From the NCBI RefSeq assembly GCF_006345805.1, contig NC_043020.1, positions 7,998,001 to 8,062,000 of the forward strand: 64,000 nucleotides of DNA, read 5' to 3'. The stretch comes from Octopus sinensis (taxonomy: Eukaryota). A program made the translations under genes and the position numbers. Below the pieces are notes generated by a model, which saw nothing but the letters and a program-made list of their open reading frames with translations, had not been told where the DNA came from and ran no database searches. Below, piece by piece: positions 12,923-24,925 of this stretch (position 1 is the first letter of the stretch; each line of letters begins with the position of its first letter).

Positions 12923-13195
12923 TGAGAATGATAACTCTGCAACTTAAAACTCATGCAGTGATTCAGAATCAGATGTTCTAATTTGTAATTAAAGACTGTT
13001 TTTCCATCTTCATGTTTTATATGTGTGTATATATGGTGATCACTTATAAGCTTTAAGCTTATAGAAAAAATATTGTTATCTACAGAATTGTCACTTGTCA
13101 CCATTTCTGAATTTATCGCAGAAAACACACATGCTTGTTTGTTTAAAAAACAACACTATCAAATTATAGTTCTGAAATCTGTCGTGAAGAAGTGA

Positions 13196-13268
13196 GTGGG
13201 TATGTTGGTGTAATGGTTAGCTCACTTATCACAAATATGAGAGGTGTGGGTTTGCGTCCCATGCGTAC
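13196..13268 (+). pseudogene. Degenerate tRNA-like sequence (SINE head or pseudo-tRNA)
   Basis: ggtgtaatggttagc A box and gtgggtttgcgtccca T-arm-like; lies between direct repeats at 13033-13090 and 13336-13395. Confidence 0.4.
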
Positions 13269-13392
13269 AGAAAACCCACTTTTTTCCACCGAGGGCTTAT
13301 GCCTCAATATTAGACGGTTTTCTTTAGTTAATACACAGTGATCGCTCATGAACTTTAAGCTTATAAAAAATGGTATTATTATTATTTACAGG

Positions 13393-13447
<55 letters not shown>

Positions 13448-13506
13448 TATATTTCATTTTTGTATGTCATTTGCAAGATTCTTTATGTGAATTTGTATAT
13501 TGAAGC

Positions 13507-13757
13507 ATATTTTATTGTGCCTGGAGAGAGTCATTCTCTTTTAGTGCCTTATTAATGTAACACACTCACTGATCTGCTTTCCACTCATTTACTTATTATT
13601 TTTTACTAAAATTTTCATTGCCACTTGCAACCTTTTCAATAGTTGTTGATTCTGTCCATTATCGGAATAATAAATAAATGAGTGGAAATCAGACCAGTGA
13701 GTGGGCTAAATTAATAAGGCACTAAAGCAGAATGACTCTCCCCAGACAATAAAATAT
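13507..13757. repeat. Inverted repeat with ~90-bp arms and ~65-bp spacer
   Basis: atattttattgt..gagagtcattct..ttccactcattta matched by its reverse complement at 13666-13757. Confidence 0.9.
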
Positions 13758-13768
13758 ATATATATATA

Positions 13769-14299
13769 CTAGCAGTATTGCCCGGCGTTGCTCGGGTTTG
13801 TAAGGGAAATAACTATATAAGCATTTTTAGAGAGTTATAGCAAAAAAATGCATTAAAAATGGAATAAAAAATGATGATAATTTTTTTTTTAAATCGTTGA
13901 CTCAGTGTCTTCAAGCCATGAAGTCGTTGTTCTAAAAGAATGCTGGTCTCCTTAACAACGCATTACGACGTTGATTTCTTTACACTCCCTTCCCCACAGT
14001 TTCACGAGGGAGGGAAGGGGGAGAAGCAAACAGGTGCAGCTGTGAGCGTGGACGCCAACTCCGCCGCTATCGACACACGATGCATTTTATGCATTAAAAT
14101 GGAATAAAAAATGATGTTAAATTATTTTTAAAATCGTAGACTCATCGTTGACGCGCGCTAATACCCAGATGGGCTCGATATGAATCACGACTATAAGATA
14201 CCCGAATTTGGTTAAACTGCACCGCAAAATGTGGGAGGAGTTAGGAATCTAGATCGAAGGGGACAGACACTCACACAACTAGAGTTTTATATATATAGA
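13769..14299 (-). mobile_element. Non-autonomous Helitron H1 with a foreign internal segment
   Basis: Same TC/hairpin-CTAG termini as 12081-12480; 13905-14088 is unrelated to other copies. Confidence 0.9.
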
Positions 14300-14311
14300 T
14301 ATATATATATA

Positions 14312-14425
14312 TCATAAGCAAGGGCTAAAGAAAGTTTACTAAAGCCAATATACTGAAATCCACGTTTAATCTACTTGGGATTTCAGTATATTGGCTTTAG
14401 AAACTTTCTTTAGCACTTGCTTATG
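14312..14425. repeat. Near-perfect hairpin with ~49-bp arms
   Basis: tcataagcaag...gaaatcc and ggatttc...cttgcttatga. Confidence 0.92.
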
Positions 14426-14534
14426 AGATATTTATAATTTTAAACGTAAAGGTTCTTTTAATATACTGCCACAATTCCTGATGGAGTTTTTTTCTGTAGA
14501 GAAAAAGGCTACATCCCTTTTAATAGTATATATA

Positions 14535-14577
<43 letters not shown>

Positions 14578-15119
14578 TGCACACACACACTCATTCTTGC
14601 CTCCTTTTATCTTGGATGTTCAGCTGGGTCAAAAGAGGAAAGGTCAAGGGGGTGCTTGTTTCTGCTCTTGTTTACATCATCACCTACATGTTACCTATTA
14701 CAAAAAGGCACGGTGCATGTTGATACTAAGTTACACTTCATTACAAATGACGCCAGCACACACACACACACACACACACACAATTAACTCTTTTCACTTC
14801 TTATCATTAAGGTTGATAAATATGAAAATAATGCTAATGACAACACCAGACACCATTCCTCTTACGTAAGCGACTATTATTGACAAACAATCCATTGATG
14901 GAAGGAGGGAGATTTCAGTTGTGTTGGGCCTTTACCTGGTGCAGTGGTAAAGGCCCTGTGTTCAAAATACAGTTTGGATTCTCAATGGAATTCATTTGTC
15001 TCATGGAAATCATCGCAGGAAGATGGTTTCACATGCCAAAATATCGTGCTCTACTTTTCTGAGTTCAAATTACACTCGGGCTTGTTTGTTTTGGCTTCTT
15101 TTATTTATTTATTTATTTA

Positions 15120-15426
15120 CTAGCAGTATCACCCGGCGTTGCTCGGGTTTGTAAGGGAAATAACTATATAAGCATTTGTAGAGAGTTACTTCCCTTATAT
15201 AACCGAGCAAAAATCATTAAAATTGCGGGAAAATGATGGTAAATTTTTTTTTTTAATCGTAGACTTATCGTAGACGCGCACTAATACCCAGAAGGGCTCG
15301 ATAGGAATGACGACTATAAGATACCCGCTTTTGGTTAAACTGCACCGCAAAATGTGGGAGTAGTTTGGAATCTAAGTCGGAGGAGACAGAGTCTCACACA
15401 CACAACTTCAAATTTATATATAAAGA
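15120..15426 (-). mobile_element. Non-autonomous Helitron H1 (short form)
   Basis: Same termini; one internal repeat unit fewer. Confidence 0.9.
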
Positions 15427-16044
15427 TTTATACTTATCTGGTGTTGAAGGTTATGAGGACAGTCAACATCATCATCATCATCATTGTCGTTGTCAATATC
15501 AACAAATCAGTTAAGGAGCCTCGGTGCACTGCCTCTAGCTGCTAGAAATAGCTACACATTGTCCCTAAAATCACTCAACCATCTTAACAGAAGAAAAGCA
15601 CATTGAATAATGCATCTAATATATGTAGATGTGTGTGTGTATGTATGTGTGTCTATATATATATATATATATATAATTAATGATTGTTTTTATGTCAAAT
15701 TGTATACAAACACAATTTAATGTTAAACTGAAGAATTACTCTGTACTCTTGTGTAGAGGATGTTTATTTGTCTGACAAAGGCATGCAAGGTGAAACTTCA
15801 TTGTCGACCTTTCCTTTGTAAAATTTTAAACATTGTGTGTGTGTGTGTGTGTAGATATATAGTTTGATATCTTTTTGTTTGTTAGACCTGAATGGCTAGG
15901 CTGTATCCACCACCTCTGCAGACCTGCCAAGATCAGTGGTATCAACATGATTTGTGTTATTTTTGAACAGTTGTAAGGAGAAGGCTGTGGGGAAGGAAAA
16001 CAAAAAGACAGTGCTAGAATTCCAGAGGGATAATATTCTTATGA

Positions 16045-16515
16045 GATCGAAATCGAAATCGGAATCGAAATTGAACCAATCCTATGACTGGCACCCGGCA
16101 GATGCCAGGACCCCTGGACTGGAGATACGTAAAAAGCACTATCCGAATCGTGGCCGTTGCCAGCGCCGCCTTGACTGGCTTCCGTGTCGGTGGCACGTAA
16201 AAAGCACCATCCGAATCATGGCCGAAGCCAGTGCCACCTCGACTGGCTTCCGTGCAGGTGGCACGTAAAATGCACCAATCCGACCGTGGCTGATGCCAGC
16301 CTCGCCTGGCACCAGTGCAGGTGGCACGTAAAAAGCACCCACTACACTCACGGGGTGGTTGGCGTTAGGAAGGGCATCCAGCTGTAGAAACATAGCCAGA
16401 TAAGACCGGAGCCTGGTGCAGCCTTCTGGTTTCCCAGATCCCCGGTCGAACCGTCCAACCCATGCTAGCATGGAGAACGGACGTTAAACGATGATGATGA
16501 TGATGATGATGATGA
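16045..16515 (+). mobile_element. Family D retroposon (RTE-type tail) with internal ~68-bp tandem units
   Basis: acgtaaaa at 16127, 16195, 16263 and 16326; ggaagggcatcc motif; palindromic ccatgctagcatgg; (gat)n tail. Confidence 0.85.
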
Positions 16516-16774
16516 AGGAATGTGTTGATGACTAGAGTGGGTCTTGGCAGGGGAACAGCATATGCAATAATTTGGTAGAATCATGCGTGCAGGCAAAAAG
16601 GCCTGGCCTTTCATCAATTTGGAATTGAAAAAAACAAAGTATTATGTCTCTTATTGGCTCATAATTCACTGTTGTTTTTTGTTTAAATTCTGGCCAGCTC
16701 TATGGAAGAAGATCTCTTATCAATAGCATTGTCATTTATCCTGTTTTATATCTTCTGTGCCGGCACCACTTTAA

Positions 16775-16995
16775 CCCTTTAGTGTTTAAGCCGACCATAT
16801 CCAGCCCAAATATTCTACATGTTTTACATTCAAACTGGCCATATCTAGCCCCTCACACCTAACCTACATTGACATTCTAAGAATAAACTATCACACCATT
16901 GAAACTTCAAAGCCGTAAGATAATGTGTGATTAATTCAAAACAATTTGAGTGGAAAAAGTATTACATTTAACAGAGTAATCTGAACACTAAAGGG
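16775..16995. mobile_element. piggyBac-type MITE (family P1)
   Basis: TTAA|CCCTTTAGTGTT ... AACACTAAAGGG|TTAA. Confidence 0.85.
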
Positions 16996-17135
16996 TTAAA
17001 AGCATCAATGCTGGTTCCATGTGAAAAGCACCCATGCTGCTGCTATGTAAAATGCACTCAGCATATTCTGTAAAGGGGTTGGCATTAGGAAGGGCATCCA
17101 GCCATAGAAACCATGCCAAAACATAACAACTAGAG

Positions 17136-17543
17136 CCTGGTGCAGCTGCCTTACCAGCTCCTGTCAAACCGTCCAGCATGGAAAATGGGAATTGTGGGCC
17201 CAACTGCTCTATTTACAGTAGAGACCCAACCAAGACCAGAAGATCCAACAGCTTATTAAGAACAACAAATACGACAAACATAGACGAAGGATTTGTTATT
17301 GTAGAAGTAGGAACGTGAAAATGATTAAGTCTTGAGTCTACCTGGTGCAGCTGGTTTGCAGCTCCTGTCAAACCGTCCAGCAAGGAAAATGGGAATTGTG
17401 GGCCCAATTGCTCTATTTACAGTAGAGACCCAACCAAGACCAAAAGATCCAACTGCTTATTGAGAACAACAAATACGAAAAACACAGACGAAAGATTTGT
17501 TTTTGTAGAAGTGAGAACATGAAAATGATAGAGTCTCGAGTCT
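17136..17543. repeat. Tandem duplication of ~204 bp (D tail plus unique flank)
   Basis: 17136-17340 is similar to 17341-17543. Confidence 0.9.
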
Positions 17544-17791
17544 ACAAACAGTTGTGACTACCAGATGGAAACATTCTTACCTTCTTTGCAATGGATAACA
17601 ATGGTTAGAAGAGGAATGGACATTAGTAACACTAGAATTTCTATGGCTTTGTTCAAATGTGTGTGTGTGTGTGTGTGTGGTGTGTCCATCTGTTCATGTG
17701 TCTGTCTCTGTCTCTCTCTGTCCTGTACTCATTAGAGCTAATTGCTTGCTGATGAATAATGCTGCATATAAAAAGCAATGATAATAAAGGT

Positions 17792-17834
<43 letters not shown>

Positions 17835-18081
17835 TTATCGGTAATGGTGATGATGATGATAAATAATCAAACTAGCTGAAAAATGCAGACATTTGATATT
17901 TAGGTCTATTTATCTCTCGTTTTTATGTACATACATATACATAAACACACACACACATGTACACAAGTGTACACATATATACATACATATAGATATATAT
18001 AAACATACACACACATATACATAAATATAAAGGAGGGAGATGTAAACATTTGCACACATGTATACATGTCTGCACACATGC

Positions 18082-18165
<84 letters not shown>

Positions 18166-18190
18166 TATATATACAAACACATATATATAA

Positions 18191-18225
<35 letters not shown>

Positions 18226-19741
18226 AACACATAATATATATATATATGACAAATATATATAAATATAAAACGACAAACATATATATATATATGTATGTAT
18301 AAAAAGCACATACATACACACAAATATATATATGATACATACATACATATAAACACATACATACACACACATATATGCATAGACATTCACATACACACAC
18401 ACACACACACACACACATACCTACACACGTTTTTAACTCTATGCAGACGTTTTTCTGTTTCGACACATTATCGCAATTATTGATGATTGTGGTGGCTGTG
18501 TTATTATTTCCAGCACGTCAATCCTCTCTCCATGTTACGTATAGCACTAAAAGGCAATTTTTTTTCTTCTTCTTCTTTCTCCTCCTCCTCCTCTTCTTTT
18601 TCCTCCTCCTCCTCCTTCTCCTCCTTTTCCCGTGAGAGTGTGTTAAATAACGATGCAGGTAGACTTATACAACTAAGTAGTATTGATTAGGTTTGTTTCT
18701 GTCCAACAAACTGATGTCTGGGGAAACACTTGTCTCTCTCTCTCTCTCTCATTCTCTCTCTCTCTCTTTTCTCTCTCTATCTATCTCTTTTGATGATGAT
18801 GATGATGATGATTATGATGTCCTTAATAACACTGTACTTAATATCATTCATTCATTAGCCAGACTGATTTTGGTAGCTGATGTCAATAGTTTAAACCCAT
18901 GTCAGCTCTGCTCAAGCAGATCTTACCATCAAAGATATTCCAACCGTGACCACCCACTCTTATTTTCATATTCAGGCAGAGTGTAGCTAGGACTATGTTA
19001 TCTTATATATTCTCCTTTTTTTTTTCTTCGGTTTTTTTTTTTTCAAACTTTAGTAAATTTTGTTGGAATGCAGATTTGGCTGCTGTTTCTAATGAGGTCA
19101 TTGACCACATAGATACTGTTTTGTTAACTGAGAGTGTTCCTGAGTTCAAATCCTATCGAAGGTTGTGTTATGTGTCATAACACAGCAGAATTACACAGAA
19201 TGCAGTGGAGTATTTAATCAGCTAAATATACCAACAACTTTTTGCAGACTTGTTGACTCCAAGTATTTGTTGGTTCAGATCTTGTCAGAGGCAATGTTAT
19301 GTTCCATCCCTATGTAAAAGGGATCAAGATACACACCAGAAACACACAGAATGCAATGGATGTTATTTAATCAGTTAAATAAACCAACAGACCCCTACAG
19401 AATTGCTTCCTTTACATTCAGGAATCAAATTTAATGAAACTTCTTCTAATTAGAAACATCATCACAAACCAATTAGAAATAGTATTTGGGATTATTACTG
19501 GTGATATCTCCATTTGTATTTTTTTAATCATTGGTGAAACTCATGTGGGTCTGATGTAAAAAAGCTTTAGAAAGCACTCTAGATCTGGGTCACCATTCGA
19601 ATAGGATAGGGACCTCTGTGAGGGGGTCACTCAGAATGCTAGAAATACAATAATAATAATGATGAGTGTATTGTATACATAAGTAGTTAAGAAGTTAAGT
19701 CTTTTAAAGAAACCTGGAAGACAGAAACTGAAAGAAGCCCA

Positions 19742-19778
<37 letters not shown>

Positions 19779-20689
19779 TCGTGCATATGTATGTGTGTTG
19801 TGTGTGTGTGTGTGTGCGTGCGCTCATGCATGCATGTGTGTGTGTGTGTTTCCTTGTCTGGATATTGTGCACTAATTGGAAATTCCTCCTCATACAGGCC
19901 ATGTTGTTCATTGCTATCTTCCTTGAAAACATGTCTGGCCATTGTGCTGTTCATGTTCAAAGGATTTGGGAATATTTTACCTTACTTAAACAGGTGAGAG
20001 TTGGTGACAGGAAGAGCATCCAACCATAGAAAATCAACTTCTACAACTGTTGTCTGGCCCATGGAAGAAGATGATGATGATGATGACAATGATATTGGTG
20101 TGATAATGATTGCAGTAGCTGTGGTGGCACTATCAGCCTTGATGGCAGCAGTGGTGGCCCAGATATACTGCAGACAGTCACAAAAAGATAGAAGAAGAGA
20201 CAGAGAGCAACATTAAGGCAAGGACAAAAATACATTAAGAATAGCCAAAGGTAAATGCAGGGTACACTGGATAAAAGCACAGCAAAATGAAATGGTGATC
20301 TCTAAAAGATCCACTACGGGAAAAACGGAGTGTATACAAGGGCCAGGAGTGGTGGAGGCTGCCGCAGAAAGCATGGAACTTTGGAAGGATACAAACAGAC
20401 ACAAGTAGTTTATTTAATGCTTCAACAGTTCTAAATGTCCATCATCACCGGTACCATCGTCATCATCATCATCGTCTTCCATGGGTCAGGAAAAATTTGT
20501 AAAGGGTTGGGTTTCTGTGGATGGATGCTAGTCCTGTCACCAATCCTCACAGGTTTTTGTAAAGTAAAATATTCTCAAGTCCTTTGAACCTGAACAGCGC
20601 AATGGCCAGACATGTTTTCGTGGGAGATTGCAATGAACAACGGGGCTTGCATGAGGATGAATTTACATTTAGCACACAATGTCCAGTTC

Positions 20690-21330
20690 TAAAAATGTTT
20701 CCAAAAGTCATGGGTACTTTACTAATTTGAGATTTAAGAAAATTGGCCCACAAGTGATAGAAATGTTGAGCTGAAAAATGTGGCCAAAAATGTTCTTGGA
20801 GAGAAGTTGGAATATCTTGTGAGCCTCAAACAACATTAACCATTAGATGTTGGAGCTTTAATGTGTCTGTGTTCAGAGGCAAGATGTTCAAGATCTGGTT
20901 AGGGGGTTCATAGATTATTTGTCTGATCGCATATCTTTAGACAGCTTCCAATAGACTGATATTCTGGACAAGGTGAGGGTTTCAAACTAGACATGCAAAG
21001 TATAAGTGTGTCTATCCAGCTTTCAACCAGTGAACAGTTGACAGGGTGTCTTGCTAAGACATCTCAAGCCCTTTTGACACTTTTAGAAATGTGCTTCGTC
21101 CGCACCAGCCAATTATGATCATTTCTCAGGTTATGTTCACAGAGGGAATAGGTAAATTCTAGATTTTTCTTCTTGAAATTTATAGTGAATACACTTGGCT
21201 ACAGTGAGTTTGAGTTATCTGTCAGCAAGGCATTGCAGCATTGTGTCCATGTCAAGAAAGATCTATAACATATAGATCTTTATTTTTATCTCAGTACAAA
21301 TCTTAATGTCATCTGCATATTTTAGCACAT
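20690..21330 (-). mobile_element. Old CR1-type LINE reverse transcriptase fragment
   Basis: Minus strand VLKYADDIKI (YADD), then LKLTVAKC and NPHLVQNISLLEAV*RYAIRQI; many stops and indels. Confidence 0.75.
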
Positions 21331-21626
21331 GCAGATGACATTAAACCATATCTTGAGATTGATAAGGATATGACATTTCACCCAGTTCAGGTGTTGTACT
21401 CATGATGCTATGATTACGAGCAGAATGGAACATCTTTGATCATGGGCCTGATTGGTGAAGGTTGAATTGGAAGCTAAAAAATACAACAACAACAACCACT
21501 AACACCACATAAAGTACTTATAAAGATCTGTTCTCATTGCTGATGGACCAAATGAGTTATTTCTTATATCGCACTAAAATATTACATTTAGGTTCCTCTC
21601 AGTATCCTCCCAAAATTATTGTTGCA

Positions 21627-22045
21627 GGCACAGGTGTAGCTGTGTGGTAAGATGCTTACTTCCTGGCCACATGGTTCTGAGTTCAGTCCCACTGTGTGGC
21701 ACCTTGGGTAAGTGCCTTCTACTGTAGCCTCAGGCTGACCAAAGCCTTCTAAGTGGATTTGATAGACGGAAACTGAAAGAAGCTTGTCATATATATATAT
21801 ATATATATATGTACGTATGTGTATAAATATGTGTGTATGCATGTGTGGGTGTGTTTGGCCCTCACCACTTCATGACAACCAGTGTTGGTATGTTTATGTC
21901 CCCGTAACTTAACTGTTTGGCAAAAGAGACTGATAGAATAGGTACTGGGCTTGAAAAATATACTGGGATCAATTCATTTGACTAAAATTCTTCAAGGCAG
22001 TGCCCCAGCATGGCCACAGTCTAATGACTGAAACAGATAAAAGAT
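21627..22045 (+). mobile_element. SINE A, full length, diverged
   Basis: Colinear with 6013-6425. Confidence 0.85.
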
Positions 22046-22301
22046 ATTCTATCATTGTACTGAACAAATTTCACTTACTGAAAATGAAAAAAAAACAGAA
22101 AATTAATTGCATTGTATGGCAAGATATAAATAATTATGTTGGTAAGTTAGTATCCTAATTATTATTAACTGTATATATACATCTCCACCAACATGGCATC
22201 TATCATTAGTGAGCACAGGGAGGGTCTTGTAATGAGGTCTACTGACTTTTTAGAAATAGCAGCCAAAATCAAATCAAATGCTACCATGTTAAAAACAGTT
22301 A

Positions 22302-22685
22302 TCTTTTTTATATAAAAGTCAAGTTGTGTGTCTGTCTCCTACGATTTAGATTCCTAACTACTCCCACATTTTATGGTGCAGTTTAACCAAAACCGGGTAT
22401 CTTATAGTCGTGATTCATATCGAGCCCTTTTGGGTATTAGCGCGCGTCTACGATTTTAAAAAAAATTTACCATTTTTTTCCATTTTAATGCATTTTTTCG
22501 CTATTATATAAGGGAAGTAACTCTCTAAAAATGTCTACGAGGAGTCAACGATTTAAAAAAAATTTACCATAATTTTTTTTCCATTTTTAATGCATTTTTT
22601 TGCTATCTTTTGGCTATAACTCTCTAAAAATGCTTATATAGTTATTTCCCTTACAAACCCGAGCAACGCCAGGCGATACTGCTAG
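22302..22685 (+). mobile_element. Non-autonomous Helitron H1 inserted in a family E element
   Basis: A|TC...cccgagcaacgccaggcgatactgCTAG|T. Confidence 0.9.
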
Positions 22686-23090
22686 TATTGGATAAAGTAG
22701 TCCCAGATACACTAGGCTTGAATAAAAAATATATATATATAAAATCTGAATGGATGGTTATGTCTGGAATGCCTTCGGTCATAGTTCTACTCCAGTGCTG
22801 AACAAGGGTTAAACAACAACAAGAATCAGACGTATCCTTCTCTATTTTAAGATACCAAGTTGTGATTTGAGGGCGGTTTGGCTGCTATTCAGTGGAGTAG
22901 CAGAAACAATACAGGGCCAGAAAAAAGACCCCTTACAGCAGCAGTCCTATCTTTTGGGAGTAAATGAAAATTTCGATTTGGTAGATCTGACAAGTAGCCT
23001 GGAACAGTTGCTCGATGTGGTAAGAACAACAGCCAAATCTCTTTCAAATCATAATCTAGTGTATCAACAATAAACATATTTCTCCAAAAT

Positions 23091-23319
23091 ATTTCTTTAC
23101 TACCCACAAGGGGCTAAACATAGAAGGGACAAACAAGGACAGACAAAGGGATTAAGTCGATTATATCGACCCCAGTGCGAAACTGGTTCTTTATTTATCG
23201 ACCCCGAAAGGATGAAAGGCAAAGTCGACCTCGGCGGAATTTGAACTCACAACGTAACGCAGACGAAATACCGCTAAGCATTTCGCCCGGAGTGCTAACG
23301 TTTCTGCCAGCTCGCCGCC
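23091..23319 (-). mobile_element. tRNA-derived SINE family B (Meta/MESC-like central domain), young
   Basis: Head ggcggcgagctggcagaa, B box gagttcaaattcc, core gcctttcatcctttcggggtcgataaa..agtaccag; 12-bp flanking duplication tctccaaaatat. Confidence 0.9.
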
Positions 23320-23807
23320 TTATGTCTCCAAAATATGCGATGGTCATTGCTGGCTTGGCACTAAACACCACCACCACTACCACAACGTCGTTCCTTGTGT
23401 GCTTTTATCGGAGGATTTCATTCTGTTGTAAGCTTTCAGATCAAACCTTCCAATCCCCTTTTCATGCCCCCCATCCCCCGCAGACCTTTGATCATTGACA
23501 TAAAGGGATTTCAGCTGAGAATTGGCTGCGTCGATGTTATTCGTTCGAAAGGGGTTTCCATACCATAAAAGTTTTTCGCGTAAAATTTCAAGGGACATAA
23601 CTCAATTTTTACTCATGAAGCCGAAATAAGGGAATTAACTCTTGTGATTTTTTTCTTCCTCTTCTCTACGTGGCTGTGAACAACAGACAACAATAAGCCA
23701 AATTAAATAAAAGATTAACAATAAAAATAAAAGCCAATTTTTAAAAGCAAAGAAATAAAAATAAACGCAAATAATGTAAAAAATAAAAGTTCTTGATCAA
23801 CGTAATT

Positions 23808-24172
23808 AATGGAGTTTTCAAACTCCATCCGTCTAACACCCGTGGACATATTTACAAAGTCAGAAAACAGCACAGCTCCCATGACTTCAGGAAACATTTT
23901 TTCACGCTGAGAGTTGCTGAAGCATGGAACAAACTGCCGGCATCAGTTGTTAGTTGTTGGAGCACTACATCCTTCAAAACTTCCATGCTTTCTGAGTTTC
24001 GCCAACACTACAACTGATTTTCTCCCCTCCATACACACACAAGTATGTATCCTACTCATACACTGTTCACTTCCCAGACATTTCTACATTACTGCATATA
24101 CTTTATTCGCACTTTCTGACAAGTTGTGGTGCACCTGAGCACTGTATACAATAATTTCATTATTATTATTTA
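23808..24172 (+). mobile_element. CR1-type LINE 3' end (ORF2 C-terminus, 3' UTR, ATT tail)
   Basis: TRGH.YKV...FRKHFFTLRVAEAWNKLPASVV..STTSFK is the typical CR1 ORF2 C-terminal motif; ends gcacctgagcactgtatacaataat...(att)n. Confidence 0.9.
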
Positions 24173-24693
24173 TTCTCGCTCCCTTTTCCCCATAAGGGCT
24201 TAAATAGAAGTCAGCTCAAAGAGTCCAGTGCCCCATGATGTAGACAGCTCTCCAGCTACCACAATCACTCACTTTCAGTTGTTGTTTTCTTCATCTCAAA
24301 ATTGGCATTTGGCAACTGGGACAGATGTATAGTAAAAGGTATTCAACACGTGGATCATGATGTGGAGGCCTTAATTTGGAATCAAGGCAGGCCATACAGT
24401 TTTCTGGTTTCAGTTTATGTTGTTGTGGTCAGATGATTTTAAGTCCACGCTTCCCTCATAATTTCTTCAGAAAAATAAACCCCTCAGTTATATACTGTGT
24501 CAACGAAGGAATTGCAGCCATTGTCCCAAGCTTGTATTATAATGAATTGTTTTTGCTGTTATTGATGATGATAATGATGATGGTGATGAAGTGTAGTGCT
24601 GGTGGTAATGATGAAGATAATAACAATATTGGTGGTGATGGTGATGTAGATGGTTGTGGTGGTGAGGATGATGATGATAATAATGAGGATAAT

Positions 24694-24925
24694 GCGGCAA
24701 GCTGGCAGAATCGTTAGCACGCCAGGCGAAATGCTTTGCGGTATTTCGTCCGCCGCTGCGTTCTGAGTTCAAATTCCGCCGAGGTCAACTTTGCCTTTCA
24801 TCCTTTCGGGGGTCGATAAATTAAGTACCAGTTACACACTGGGGTCGATGTAATAGACTTAATCCATTTCACTGTCCTTGTTTGTCCCCTCTGTGTTTAG
24901 CCCCTTGTGGGTAGTAAAGAAATAG
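24694..24925 (+). mobile_element. SINE B, young, full length
   Basis: Colinear with 23091-23319 in opposite orientation. Confidence 0.9.

Noticed and set aside
13608-13643. Hammerhead-like core (also gaaac...ctgaaga at 61605-61625)
   Set aside because: The CUGANGA core and stem I/III with an NUH site cannot be assembled
17581-17631. Minus-strand exon candidate with a strong AAG|gtaaga donor
   Set aside because: Weak acceptor and uninformative peptide
23377-23598. Minus-strand 73-aa ORF MSLEILREKLL...
   Set aside because: No recognisable homology or splice/promoter support
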